Shown here in pieces: positions 1 through 12,750 of a stretch of 64,000 bases of DNA (within the stretch, counting starts at the first letter, position 1; every line of letters begins with the position of its first letter). Both the position numbers and the translations under genes were made by a program. The notes below the pieces were generated by a model. It ran no database searches. It was not told where the DNA came from and worked only from the letters and a program-made list of their open reading frames with translations. The DNA comes from Schmidtea polychroa (Eukaryota), in NCBI GenBank assembly GCA_044892525.1, contig CM097887.1, positions 63,364,001-63,428,000 of the forward strand, read 5' to 3'.

Positions 1-78
1 GAAAAAACTGCACTTACCAACGCAGATGATAAAAGGGTTTTGGTGGGGGAAAATAAAAGTTATATATATGGGAAGTGA
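1..78 (+). mobile_element. C-terminal end of a Maverick/Polinton protein-primed DNA polymerase B (gene runs off the left edge)
   Basis: Frame 1 reads EKTALTNADDKRVLVGENKSYIYGK*, matching the K-x-L-x3-DDKR...Y-G C-terminal motif of Polinton pPolB. A Maverick-like end (CATACTACT) lies at 517-525. Confidence 0.65.
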
Positions 79-1102
79 CTCATTTGCTGTTCAATAATTC
101 GATCCGGATCCACCATTCTCGCAATTCAAAGAATCAGCTGAAGATATACCAGATGTTATTTAAACAAATCTTTGTTAAAATATTGGTTTTTATTGATTTT
201 ATTTAAAATTAAATGTACAATAAGTTTGACTAATATATGTTTATACTTTGAACATTTTGGTCTCAGTTTGCATAAATTAGTAAAAAAAGAGTAATAAGAA
301 TAACAGATAAGAATTAATAATTTAAATTTACACTAAAATAAATTAAATAACAAAAGTAAAAAAAAATTAATAAAGAAATAAAATTAAAATAATTAATTAA
401 TTAATTAAATAAAAATAATGAAATAAAAGGAAATGATTAATGAAAATATTTGTTAACTTCTGATTAATTATTGAGTAGTATGGGGGGGGTACCAAAATCC
501 GGCAGGGAGCTCACATCATACTACTTAAATAGTTCTAACTTCGACGATTAAATATATTGAATTTTTGAATTTATCCATTTTTAGCTTTGCGTTGTATGTG
601 GAGATTCTTAAATAATATTAGACATTTTTAGGTCATGAAAAAATAAAAATAACATTAAAAGATAAATATAAAGGAAACAAGTTAAAAATATTGTGAAAAT
701 AAGTAGATAATTGATTAACTTGGATCATATAAAATGTCTGAATAGCATTGAAATTAAAATCGCACACAATAGTAGAATTATTTTACCAACCCACTGTGAG
801 ATAGTAACAATTATGTTTGGAGAACATAAAATGAAATTTTAAAGATTTCTATATTTTATGGCATACTTCAAAAAAAGAATAAATGATATCATGTAACATT
901 GAAAGGAAAGTCGCATACCAACTTGTTAATAAGTCTTACATTATAAGTAGGCAAATTAACAGACATAACTGACAAGCTTCATTGACTAGGTTTTTTACAT
1001 TTTATTTATAAAAGAAAAATAATAAATTAGTCTTCATGTTGGAAAGAACTTTCATCTCATAAAATTTGTCAGAATATATATGATTCAATAATGTCGTATT
1101 GA

Positions 1103-1440
1103 CACCTGTTTGCACAAAATAAACGCATCTATGATAGAGGTTGATGAGTACACTAATTTTAGATGACTCACCAATGTAGAAAATTTAGTTAATTTGTAAT
1201 AATAACCATTTTTGAAATGGCTTTCATGATTTAAAATTTTAAGTAAATTTTAAGGTTTTAAATATTCGATCCCATATTCATATGAGATCATTTTCCAGGC
1301 TCTTAAATATTACTTTATACAACATTTCTATTATAATTAATTTTTAAATATTTTTTTCAGCTTTTTTAAAAATTTATGTATGAAATGAATTTTGGAATTA
1401 TTTCGATTTAATGTAAGTTATATATTTTTAACTATAATTT
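1103..1440 (-). mobile_element. Diverged fragment of the CAC...GTG/TA transposon family (see 16951-17907)
   Basis: Starts CACC and shares ATGAGATCA...CTTAAATATTACT...TTTTGGAATTATTTCG...ATGTAAGTTA blocks with the copies at 17.5-17.9 kb and 43.7-45.8 kb; truncated by an LTR at 1441. Confidence 0.6.
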
Positions 1441-1690
1441 TATTGGATTATTATTTGGCAAAGCCGGTTTTCTCTGACTCCTCGAGTCTTTTATCAAACA
1501 AATCATTGAAACCCAACACAGAATAAATTTATTAAATTTCAATCACACTGTCACTAGATTTGCACCTTTCTTTCTAAATAGAAAACCCCGGGGCAATTAC
1601 ATCCTCTGGTATGAGAGTTTAGAATTGCTTTATATTACTTGAATCAATTTATCGACTGACTTTGGCGATAGCTCTATTCCTTTTTGTAAA
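1441..1690 (-). mobile_element. 3' fragment of a Ty3/gypsy solo LTR (family A)
   Basis: T(A)TTGGA terminus followed by TCTCTGACTCCTCGAGTCTT, aligning with the LTR copies at 14386 and 47141. Confidence 0.65.
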
Positions 1691-2118
1691 TATAAAAAAT
1701 ATATAAATAGTGGATTTTGACGCCATACAAACAATTGTAGATTCTTTTAAATTAACATGGAATCAATGTGTTGGTAAGTAAATATATGTGGATCTGTTGG
1801 CCCAGCCAGCAGTGTAAGTTTGTGTATAATTTGTATTTTAAAAAATATAATGGAATTTCTGTTACTATAAATAGTCGTTACTAAAATAATTTTCCTATCA
1901 ATTGTAGTTTTCTTTTATTCTAAAACCAAAATGGTTCTTTTCTTACTATAATTAAGTTTCATTAGGATCGTAGTTTTTGCTTAACAATGAAAAAAATTTT
2001 AAAAATATTAGGAAATCTTTTAATATTTAAAATAAATGAAATAACTCAATATTTTTAAGAGAAAATATATATTCTTATAAATAATATAATTTAAATAACA
2101 TATTTCATGTTAAATTCT

Positions 2119-3109
2119 ATGAAAAAAAAATCATCGATACTGCCAAGAGAGAGGAGCTGAAGCAAACCAAGTTAACCAGAGAGATAAGCAAGAAATGTGG
2201 CATCGAAGTTAAGAGAACCAAAGTGAAGTGTATTCTCAGGAAAATGGATGCAATCGAGACTGCAATCAAATCTGGTATTTCATCGAAGCGCATGAGTTGA
2301 CACAAGCACACGACCCGAAGCTTGATGAGGGAGTGCTCATATGGCTGAAGCAAGCAATAGAACAGAATTTGCCTATCAGCGGTGATTTGATCAAGGAGAA
2401 GGCGATGAAACTGGCCGAGTTGATGCATATTTCAAACTTCATTGCGAGCGACTGTTGGTTAAACAATTTTAAAAAACGCCACGGCATCACGTTCAAGATG
2501 GTGCATGGCAAAGCTGGAGCAGTAGATTTGCAATCTCTTCTTGAGTGGCCATATCAAATTCTCTGGCCATTACTCACACAGTTCTCTGCAGACGTCTTCA
2601 ACTTGTATGAGACAGGACTCTTCTGGCAACTACTTCCGAATAAGACCAGTGTACAGGAGGAAATAAAAGTAAGCAAAGGATTACTCTTTTAGTTGGGACA
2701 AATATGAGTGGCAGTGCTTCCAAAAGACCCGATTCCTTCGAGACAAGGAGATTCCGGTCGAATACAAGGAGAACTCTAGGTATGGATGACGGCGAAGCTT
2801 TTCGAGGAAATATTGCGTGCGTGGGACGGAAGACTTAGCCAGCTGGGGTGTAGAGTGCTGGTTTGTCTTGATAACTTATATGGCCACTCTCCCGAGCTCA
2901 AGCTGAACAACATTCAACTAGTCTTCTTCCCACCCAACTCGACAGCCAACTCGCAACCAATGGATCAAGGAATCATAGAAAACCTCAAACGCCACTGCTG
3001 TGTCGCCGATTTGAGGCCATGGATGAAGTTTAAGTTTACGTTGCTTGACGCTTTACATATCGCCCGACGTGTTTGCTTGCAGGTCAGCAAAGCTTATTTT
3101 CAATTGTAA
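2119..3109 (+). mobile_element. Degenerate pogo/Tigger transposase (CENP-B HTH + DDE_1)
   Basis: LDEGVLIWL...PISGDLIKEKAM...WLNNFKKRHGI (CENP-B HTH), FNLYETGLFWQLLPNKT, and LDNLYGH...IQLVFFPPNSTANSQPMDQGII (DDE_1); split by frameshifts. Confidence 0.9.
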
Positions 3110-3298
3110 TTACGATCTTCTTTCTCTTTTGCGGACTGGTGTCATTTTCACCAATCTTCCTTTTTCAAAATAGATAATGTATTTTTTTCTTTTTGTTTGT
3201 CAGGAGCCTCGTATTTATTTTTCATGGATTAATATGAAATAAATAAAAATAAGAACTCATTGTTAATTAACAAGTTTCTTATTTAAATATTTTAATTA

Positions 3299-3415
<117 letters not shown>

Positions 3416-3787
3416 TCAACAGTTTTTAACAACAAAAATTTATTTATTTACTATATGTTGGATAAGATATTTAATGTTTTTTGAAAATATTTTTAAAATG
3501 TTTTATATTAAAATTAAATTTTTATTTAAAGAGTTATGATTAATTGCTCAATGTAGAGACATGAAACTAATTTGAATAAAGATTTTATTGTAAACTACAT
3601 TGTTAATAATTGAAGTCTAATTGCTTAAAGATATATTCAAATAGAAATTGCTTGCCTAAAACTGGTATTATTCAAACAATCGATTTAAATGGCGAATTAA
3701 TTAATTTAATAATAATGATATAATCATGCGTGCCAGCCTTTATACTTATTATACTTTTACTATATAATTGTTTAATTAACCACGTTT

Positions 3788-4060
3788 TTAGACACTGAAC
3801 AGGGTTTCTATGCTGACAGGGCAACTCGTACACTTCATCGGCCACCTCATAATCTGACAGACAAATGGAGCTTCGGTGATTTTCTTGACTTGTAATTTCT
3901 CAATATCTGCCTCATTTGCTGTTGGAGGACCACTTTGTTCAAATTGATTCATAATTTTCGTTACAAAATTGTCGAAACTTTGATCTGAAAATATGTAATC
4001 TGACCTAAAATCTAGAGGTAGCAATCCACCAAATAAATTTGATATTGACAATTTTTTGAC
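3788..4060 (-). pseudogene. RNF126/RNF115-like RING-H2 E3 ligase fragment with an internal deletion in the RING
   Basis: DYIFSDQSFDNFVTKIMNQFEQSGPPTANEADIEKL resembles the RNF126 DY..G...LDAIITQLLNQFENTGPPPA segment. It is followed by CQI and W....SCPV with the RING core missing. Confidence 0.7.
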
Positions 4061-4218
4061 AATTGTCCGCGTCTGTCTGCGCACACAAATCAATCCAAAT
4101 GTCAAAGCCAAAAAAACGCACACAGGCGCGAGACATAAACTGATAATTAACCAATAATAATATTTGATACTTATAATACAATATATATTTTATTTTTAAA
4201 TTAGTTATTTAAATATCC

Positions 4219-4576
4219 CTAACATACATTAAAAACGATCATGGAAATATTTGATCCATCAGTCCAACGAAACCATGGAGACTTTATCTGGCGATTGCAG
4301 ATGATCTTGTATTTGGGCATGTAAACTCCAGTATTGTACGATGTGAAAGTATTGGAATCTTTATCGGGAATAACTTTGCTAATTAACTCTTTCTGTCTGA
4401 AGACGAATGGGTCAGTCCGGTTTTCGTAACGAACTTTATCAGGAGAATCGTTAGAATTGAGAATTAGTATTCTAAGGAAAATTTCTTGGGTTGAATAGAA
4501 AGTGTTGATGATCAAGCTTATCAACAGAGATCACAGCTAGGGAAACGGAAGCTTCTGCTTCTTGAATGTTTGGCAT
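4219..4576 (-). pseudogene. HSP90: HSP90 N-terminal ATPase-domain fragment (about 118 codons, frameshifted)
   Basis: ATG at 4576: [51 protein letters not shown]...KEL...NT.T..TG..M...GSNISMI, collinear with HSP90 [45 protein letters not shown]...DISMI. Confidence 0.9.
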
Positions 4577-4698
4577 ATTTTCTTTATTGGTTCTGATGAG
4601 ATTTAACTCTTGAGATGTCGAATGATTCACAAATTGTTTTATATCGTCTGTTTTTTTGAAAGAGAAGATTATTTAAACAATAATTTTAATTTGATTTA

Positions 4699-4845
4699 CC
4701 GTATATACTCGCGTATAAGTCGAAGTAAGAAAAGTTAAAAAAATTAAGATATTTATTGCAAAAAATATTGCAAACAAAATCGAAGTGGCTATTTTGACTT
4801 GTAAATTTGACGTAAATTTCTCGACTTATAAGCGAGTATATACAG
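4699..4845. mobile_element. Tc1/mariner-pogo type MITE
   Basis: 25-bp TIRs CCGTATATACTCGCGTATAAGTCGA / TCGACTTATAAGCGAGTATATACAG (23/25 match), flanked by TA on both sides. Confidence 0.85.
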
Positions 4846-6169
4846 TAGTTATAATTAATTTAATAATATATTTTAATTTTAATTATTAAATTGATATTTT
4901 TATTAATGTGGAAGTCAGAGGCACTACACTCAGTATGTTTATTTTTTGCAAAGTTTTTGAATTTTTGGTTCGCTAAATATTTAATTTTATTATCAAGTAA
5001 ATAAATGAATTCTAAGAAAATTGTTCAAAAAACAAAAATTATTATTCATTTTTTGAAAATTAATATTATTTAATAATCTTATATTTCTTCAGATGATGAG
5101 TCTGAGTCTGAAAACTTATATCAGTGCTGTCCAAACCTTTTTGAGCCACGGAATACTTGGCTGAATTAAAAATTTTCGCGGCACACCTAATTTTTTTTTT
5201 GCTTTCTTTGCAATTTTTTATTGCACTTTTACTAATCTTTTAATAAGAAATGAAAAACTTATAAACTAAAAAATATTATTATTTAATATTTAAGATTCTA
5301 AATAAACATAATTAAGCTACTTACGTATTTTAGATAGTCAATACTTCTGATAAAAAATATAAATATGATTGTAAACAAATAAATTTCGCACTTCATTGAC
5401 TGATTAACATTTAAATTTGAAATAACTGTTAAAATATCCACAATTCAATTTCCTTTTATTAAGTTGTTTGGAAAAACAGGGTTTTTTTTCAACAGGGACA
5501 ACACTGACTTAGATCAAGACAATGAACATAAAACAAAATATTTTCTAAGCATGTGATCAAATTGGCTATTAGATTTAAAATCATGTAAACTGCCACAAGC
5601 CAAAATCTAAACGAAATCGACTACCCAAGGAAAAAACGCACTACTAGTAAAATGATCAAATTAAATTCATTATTCAAAATATTTTGAATTTCATATTATT
5701 TTTTTATTATTTAAATCAAATTAATAAATATTTAGAATTAATAATTTTTTACAGTATTTATTTTAAAATTTGGCATTACTTTATTATTTTCTTAGTAAAA
5801 CAAAAAAAGTCTTAGAATATATTATATAAATACTTGGCAAAATATTAAAAATAAACTATTTTCTAAAAATATGAAAGAATAAATATGAAATAAATGCGCC
5901 AAATAAGCTCTCGAATAGTAGCTAAATACCTTGGATATGCCGCAGTTTGCTCTCACTTTTAATTTACGATTACAATTATTTGGAACCGAGACACAAAATC
6001 GAAAACTAATTGAATTGATTTAATATATGATTTCAAAAAAAATATTGCGGTCTTAATTATTTATATAACCCAGATTTTCAAGTGTTAAATGCTTTATGAA
6101 TTTTCAGATGTAAGATAAATTAAATTCTTCTCGTATATTATTGACCAACGGAAAGTGCATGGTTAAACC

Positions 6170-6560
6170 CATTTACCTGGTGACCTCCGATAGCTCAAGT
6201 GATAAGTAGATACCAAAATAGAATAAATAAACGAATATGTTTAACGTAGAAGCAGGAAGATCACAAGACATTGAAATATCAAAAATACGATGGTCGGAGC
6301 GATGGAAGATGGAAAGATAATTTCTTACAAAGTTGAAAGTATTATGTGACAATCGAGAACTCTTAGATAATGCATCCTACTGAAAAGTAAATCCAGTACG
6401 TTACACCAAGAATTGGGATATTATCCAAGTTCCCGGCGATGCGCCCTCCCACGGGTAGTCCTAATATTTCCCATGATCACTTTCACATAGTATTTCCTCA
6501 AGCTGTTTATTAAACACCTGTATGAACTCGTCATTATGAACAAAACAGGATAAAAACCGA
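6170..6560 (-). pseudogene. Possible heavily decayed downstream ALDH exons
   Basis: Frameshifted traces of LEEILCE..GLP.G, V-T-(F)-TG-(S)-T...VG and SLEL...SP (the FTGST and LELGGKSP motifs) in the expected order. Confidence 0.35.
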
Positions 6561-6940
6561 ATTAAGCGAGATCATTTAATTTAACTATATTTTGAATGAA
6601 GCTAATGATTTAATAACATGTAACCAAAGGTATATTTTCGTTTTCGATCAATTTAATGAATTTGATCAGTTTCAGTAATGTGTTTCAGTAAACGTGTACC
6701 TAGGATTTGAACTTCAATAAATACTATTTAAATTAAATTTCAATAAACATATTTTGAACATATAATAAAAATACTCAAATAAAACCGGTTAGATTTTGAT
6801 TTATTTTTACTTCAATTTTTATGTTTCGAATATAATTTGTACTTTAGACTGCATCTATTTTTACTTTAGTTGTGTTTAATATTTAATCATTTCATGTGAT
6901 TGTACTATTATCTTTCCAAAAATTTATATAAACCATTTAC

Positions 6941-7493
6941 CTATTACTATTCACAGGTACAAATGATCCTTCGAATGAATAAAGAAACGATGCAAACATT
7001 TGTATTACATCTGCGCAACTATTGATATCGCTTTCAGCTTCCCAGTAAGCTTTTCCGGTATCCAATACGTCAATAGTTGCTAAAATTTTAGAATTTGAAC
7101 GAACTAAGTTTGCTGCTTTTGTTAATATCTAAAAATACTGTCAATAAATGGAATTTGAAAATATATTACTACATTGTGTTTATCACTATTTGAATATAAA
7201 CACCATTCTTTTTGAGCTAATATGCTACCATTTATGCAATCATCAAGTTGATTACTAGAGCATGAAGTCACCGGCATCAAAGTTTTTCCAGTTGCTGGAT
7301 TATTATTATTATTAGTTAACCCGAGACCTTTAACTCTCTTGCCACAAAAGAAATTGTGATTTTCTAATAAGTTCACTTTAGAGAGCAAATTATTAATTTC
7401 TTGTGTGTCATTATTTAAAGAATAATGTCTATTAGTTTGTTTTATTTCGTAGATTAATTGACTTTTTATTGGAACTTTACATTTTCTTAACAT
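6941..7493 (-). CDS. Aldehyde dehydrogenase (ALDH9A1-like), first two exons: join(7493..7173,7128..6941); 3' part not intact
   Basis: MLRKCK...NFFCGKRV...NPATGKTL...AQKEW...DKHN|ILTKAANLVRSNSKILATIDVLDTGKAYWEAESDI...FEGSFVP; 44-nt GT-AG intron; basic N-terminus resembling a mitochondrial presequence. Confidence 0.75.
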
Positions 7494-7952
7494 TTCAATA
7501 AATATTAAAACAAACCTTTTATAAATTACCGAGGTCAATAGTTTGATAATTATTTTTCTAATTAAATTAGAAATTATTTTGCAAATAAATATTGGCTATT
7601 TTATTTATAAATAAAGTAAATGATAATTTACGTTTCAAATATTAGGTTTAACTTCATATAAAATATAATGTAATCATGTTTTCCATAGAATTTGGATCCA
7701 TTATAATATAAATACAATAAATTCTACAAATATATTAAAATTTTTGATTTATATGTATATTTTTTTTTGAAGAGCAATAAAATATTTATACATTAGAAAT
7801 GTATCTTAATTTCACGATTTTAAATATCTTGCAAATTTATTTTCTAATAATGTTAGTGACTTCAGTTAAACTATTCCATGATTCTCATATATTTTCATAT
7901 AACTGTGGAGTTGTGACATTCTACCTGATTCTTTCGCTAAGGTTGTTATATG

Positions 7953-8772
7953 TGTTGTCACTATGGCTCAAATTGAAAAGATGCAACCCAAATCAATACA
8001 CAATACAACGAAACCAAATTTGTCATAAGTGGCGTGTGTACTGGTATGATTGGGGTAAGTTTCGGAAGCGAGTTTGACGTCGTCTGGTGCCTATTGAGTT
8101 TATGAATCTCCTAGGTTCAGGATATTGATGGAAAGTACATTGAAAGACAAATTCAGAAATTATAATGAAAATTTAATAAAGAAAAGTTATAACGAAAAAA
8201 CAAATTAATTAAAAGTAATTAATCCGCAATGGAAAGTCCTAACTAATGGGATACCCTAGTGCTGACAGGAACCTGAAGCGCATTGAAACCCGACTGATTA
8301 GATAGGAAATCGAACTCACCCGAGTGCAAATCCGGGTAAACAAATTAGATTGGTTTAATAACCCTCAAAATATTTACCCAAGATTTCCAAAAGCTAATTA
8401 TTTGCAATGATCCCAAATTCTGTAGATAATTTCCCTCTGAGAAAAAGTATAAGAAGAAAGATCAAAATCAGACAAGCCACCAGTTGCTCGAAGAAACAAG
8501 AGAGAAATCGAGCGAATAAGTCAGTCACCGATCAAAATACAAAATTTAGTAATTGAAAGCAATTTTAACTCTCATACCAGAAAAGGTTATTGTCCCTTCG
8601 GTTTTGTACCTTCGTGAGCAATATTTATTGGAGAGAAAGGTGCAAATTTAGTGACGAGTTGTAATTTTGATTAAAGTTTAAAAAAGTGATTCTGTGTTGG
8701 GTTTCGATTTATTTGTTTAAATAAGAACACAAGGAGTCAGAGAAAACGGACTTGTAAAATAATAACCCAATA
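7953..8772 (+). mobile_element. Solo LTR, family A (left boundary approximate)
   Basis: Body aligns with the reverse complement of 14386-14900; has AAGAACACAAGGAGTCAGAG and ends CCCAATA. Confidence 0.7.
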
Positions 8773-9199
8773 ATTGTGTTGAGGTTCTCAAATCTCAACT
8801 TAATGGTTCCTATATAAATAAGAACACAAACACTGGTTCAATAAATTTCATTTGATTATCACAATTACAAATTATATAATATAAAATTAACAATCACCTC
8901 AAAAAATAATTAGTGTTTTTATATATATGTATATATATGCGTGTGTATGTGTATGTGTATGTGAATGCTTGAAGCTTCATGAGCTCGGATGTGTAAATAG
9001 GTATGCTCCAAATTATATTGCAATATCAATTTCTGAATTTGCAATTCTATTTAGAAGCTTTTATTTTTGGGTGATTTGACTGAGAAATCAGTCTATTTAT
9101 ATATTAAAATTTTTGTTGGCTAAATAAACATGGTGCACTTAATGCACTGCTTTAAATAAATAAACTCAGATCGTTCAATCAATTATTTTGTGGAGTGCT

Positions 9200-9660
9200 C
9201 AGGCCCGACGCTAGAGTATTTGGCGCCCTAGGCAAACTAAAAAAATGGCGCCTCTAGTCTAGAAACAAACCCAATAATTAAAGAAGTAAATGAAAATAAA
9301 ATAACTATACTTCATTTATTTATTACACAAAAATATATATAAAAACAAAAACCATTTAAAATTTAATTTTTCGTGCTTTTAGTTTAGCGAAATCTTCAAG
9401 CAGCAACTTCGTATCTATATCACGCGCCATTTCGTGTTCAATCGACAATATTGCTAATCCCACAAGCCGTTCTTGTGACATTGTAGATATAATATATATA
9501 TATATATACAAATTCATACATATGTATATATCAATATAAAGATAGAAAGTTTATAAAATATTTAATTTACTTGATAAAAAAAGCAGAACTATTTGGCGCC
9601 CGCTTGTAAATCGGCGCCCTAGGCTGCTGCCGACGTCGCCTATGCCTAAAACCGGGCCTG
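9200..9660 (-). mobile_element. Non-autonomous hAT element (ZMYM1/Tip100-like)
   Basis: TIRs CAGGCCCG/CGGGCCTG and perfect 8-bp TSD GGAGTGCT; internal minus-strand MSQERLVGLAILSIEHE...FAKLKARKIKF is the hAT dimerisation C-terminus. Confidence 0.92.
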
Positions 9661-9976
9661 GGAGTGCTATATTACAATTCGCATTGGATTCTAAATTTAG
9701 CGATTTTCAAAAATTGTGTTGAATGTTGGAAATTAGTTTTATTGTAGTTTTACATTAAAAATGTAATTACGTAAAAATACTTTGAAATGAGATTTGCATG
9801 TTTTTTTGACATAATTTCGAAAGCGATTTTTCCAATAATTTTTATGACAGTGAAAAATATTTAATTTTTTGACATTGTTGCCTCTTGAAAAATATCATTG
9901 GTATGATTCAGCAGTTTTATTGATAAGGATATAAAATTGAAAATTTTAAGATGTAAATTTTATGTAACTATTATTT

Positions 9977-11035
9977 TGTTGAGATCCGTAAATTAAAATA
10001 AATTTAAATGAAATTTAGGTTAATAATTTAAATAAAAAGTAAGTTAAGAAAAAAGACAAATAAAAGTGTGATCATGCACAGAATCGATAGTAAAGGAAAG
10101 TGTGATGGAAGCAGTATTAGAAAATGCCAAAAGCAATTTCGAAAGGCAAGAATCCGGAAATCCGAGAAAAATCAATAGATGGTAAAATCATCGAAATCGA
10201 ATGGGGAAAACGGGACAGGTATAGAGTAGCTAATGGTCAACAAGAGGATGGCTAGGGATTTATAAGAAAATGGTTAGGAAGGGTCGAAAAGCATTCAAAC
10301 GTGTAAAAACAAAAAACGTTAATTAATTAATTAATTGGCTAATAGAAAACCCGAGATAATGGGAAACCCGAGCCAATGGAGAACCCGAGAAATAAAGGAA
10401 ACCCGAGCTGGGTAAACAAGAAGAAAAGTAAACAGAAAGAAGATTTGGGCTCATTAGTTTGACACAATGATTAATTGGAAAAGAGCAAGGAGAAGATGGT
10501 GCGTGTAGAAAGGCCGGAAGGGCCATTAATTATCTTGGTTCGTTGGACCATTATGGGTGACAGGCGAAGCAGATACGTGGAAGCAAATGTCAAGTGAAAG
10601 ATTGGCTCGGCAATAACCATTTTTCATCCCGATTTCGAGGAGTATATAAGGAAAAGGAAAATCAGAGCAAATCGACATTTTGCCTCAGGTAGGGTAAGAA
10701 GAAACTGAGCTTAGGAAAAGGCGAAAACGAATCTAGGAGATTAAGAAAAAGAAGAGATAGAATAAGAATAAAAAGCGTGAAAAGGATCAAATCAAACAGA
10801 AAAAGAAGAAAACGTTGGTCAAGAGAACCTAAGAAACTTAAAGGTGAATATTATCTTAATCAAAGCATCAACACCGAGCGGAGAATCGGTCAAACGGAAC
10901 TTTGATTATTAATTGTAAAGTGGTGATAAAGGATTGTGAATTTGTTATTTCAATATACGTTGGGTCGTTATTGTTTTGATTTAAAGGACACGAGGAGTCA
11001 GAGGGAACCGACTTAAAGTAATCTAAAACCCAACA
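9977..11035 (+). mobile_element. Solo LTR, family A (1059 bp)
   Basis: TGTTGAGAT...CCCAACA termini, perfect 4-bp TSD ATTT, GGACACGAGGAGTCAGAG motif near the 3' end. Confidence 0.85.
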
Positions 11036-12750
11036 ATTTAACTAATACAACATCAGACCGTATCAACCCATGGCAGAGCCAGTAGCGTAACTATCGGCCC
11101 GCAACTGCGGTGGCCCAGGTAAAAGAGGGTTTATTTTCTGGCCTGAAAAAGTAAATAACTTTTAAATATTTTAATTAATAAATGCACATCAGAAAACCGG
11201 AAGCCGAAACTTCTTGTAAACTCCTTTGTAAAATCAGCAAAACAACAACAATAATAACAATAACAAACAAGTTGTTTGACATCACCACTGCCACCACCAT
11301 CATTATTTCACCGATTTTACAAAGAAAAAACCACAAATAATAAATAATAATATAAAGCAATATTAACACATAAATAAATATCATAGTTTTCTATCCGCTA
11401 TTTATTATAATATATAAAGTTCATATATATTATAATAAACCAATAAATCAATAAAGATAAAATATCTAATTACAGCTTAATAACATAAATAAATAAATTG
11501 ATTAATCACATCCAAATTGTTAATAAGTTATTATTGCAAGTCAATATAATAAATGTTTGTCCCATTAATCAAATAGATACATGTATATTTATTCTGTATT
11601 TATTTGTTTCTATTATGCAATGTTTAAGTTTTAGAATCCTCAGTGTTCGTCAATTTTCTAACAATTGTACGAAAAATAAAACATATTGTTCGAATAACTA
11701 CAATATCATTGTTAATTGTCGTGAAATTGCATCTTGGATTGAATTGGGATTTGAAATCTGAGATTGGCTTTTCATCTATCTTTTGTGAAAATATTAACCC
11801 AATATCTGTATGAGCTTGTCCTATAATATTTTGATATGATTAGTGTTTTAATTGGTCTTCCATTTTCTTCCAACAAATGCTCCTTGTATTTGGTTCCTTA
11901 AATGACATAATTTGTAGGGATGGGTGTTAGAAAGAAAAAGGAAATTGAATTTTTAATCTTTGTAAAATAAAATTTAAAATCAATAAAAGAACCAAAAATA
12001 TTATAATATATTGGTTGAATAAAAAGTTTCTGTTTCACAAAATCCGTTGTTAATATAACGAGATTTTATAAGAATATATTATAAAAACGTTTTTTTCCGA
12101 TTTTACCACTGATTTTTCCCATTGAATTTATTAAAAAGAGCTTGAATCAGTAAATATATCGATGTTTTTGATAATCACGAATTTTCGGCACTGCCTTTTT
12201 GTGTATATACAAAAGTGTTTCCATAGAAATGAGCTCCGGTCTCTAAATTAAAACATAGGTCACGCATTATTATAATATTTTCTATATATTATGAAACTTA
12301 GCAAACTTACCTGTTCGCACTCCCGATATGCTGCCCCAAAGAGGCGGCCGTTTTAGTTTCTAAATATTATTGAAAACATTAACGATAATTTTTGAGATAC
12401 TTTTTACTTGAATAAAAACATAGAAAACTCACAAATAAGGAGGTGATTAAACTTGAAAATAATAAAAACTGATTTCAAAAACAATTAAACATTGAATACA
12501 ATCAAAACTGTATTCAATATCACACAATAAAAATCAACTCTTTAAAAGACAGTTTTGTCTTTTGCAAAATATTTATTAAATAAAACTCTTTTTTTACATC
12601 GTTATGTTTCATTTTGATCCAATTCATCATCATCCGTTTGAATTCCTTAGTCAACATCCCTGATATCAATTCCTAAATAATGTCGAAATGCGAGACTAGT
12701 ATTTTCTCCACCATAATAAAATAATATAAAAACATTTATTATATATAAAA

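Noticed and set aside
2117-2511. Minus-strand ORFs 2117-2428 and 2266-2511
   Set aside because: Antisense shadows of the Tigger transposase.
5540-5640. FPW...LACG on the minus strand as a second ALDH remnant
   Set aside because: Motif spacing is wrong and the flanks do not fit; too weak.
11175-11384. Hydrophobic minus-strand ORF resembling a membrane protein
   Set aside because: Arises from low-complexity (AAC/AAT/ACC)n sequence; no family motif or splice support.
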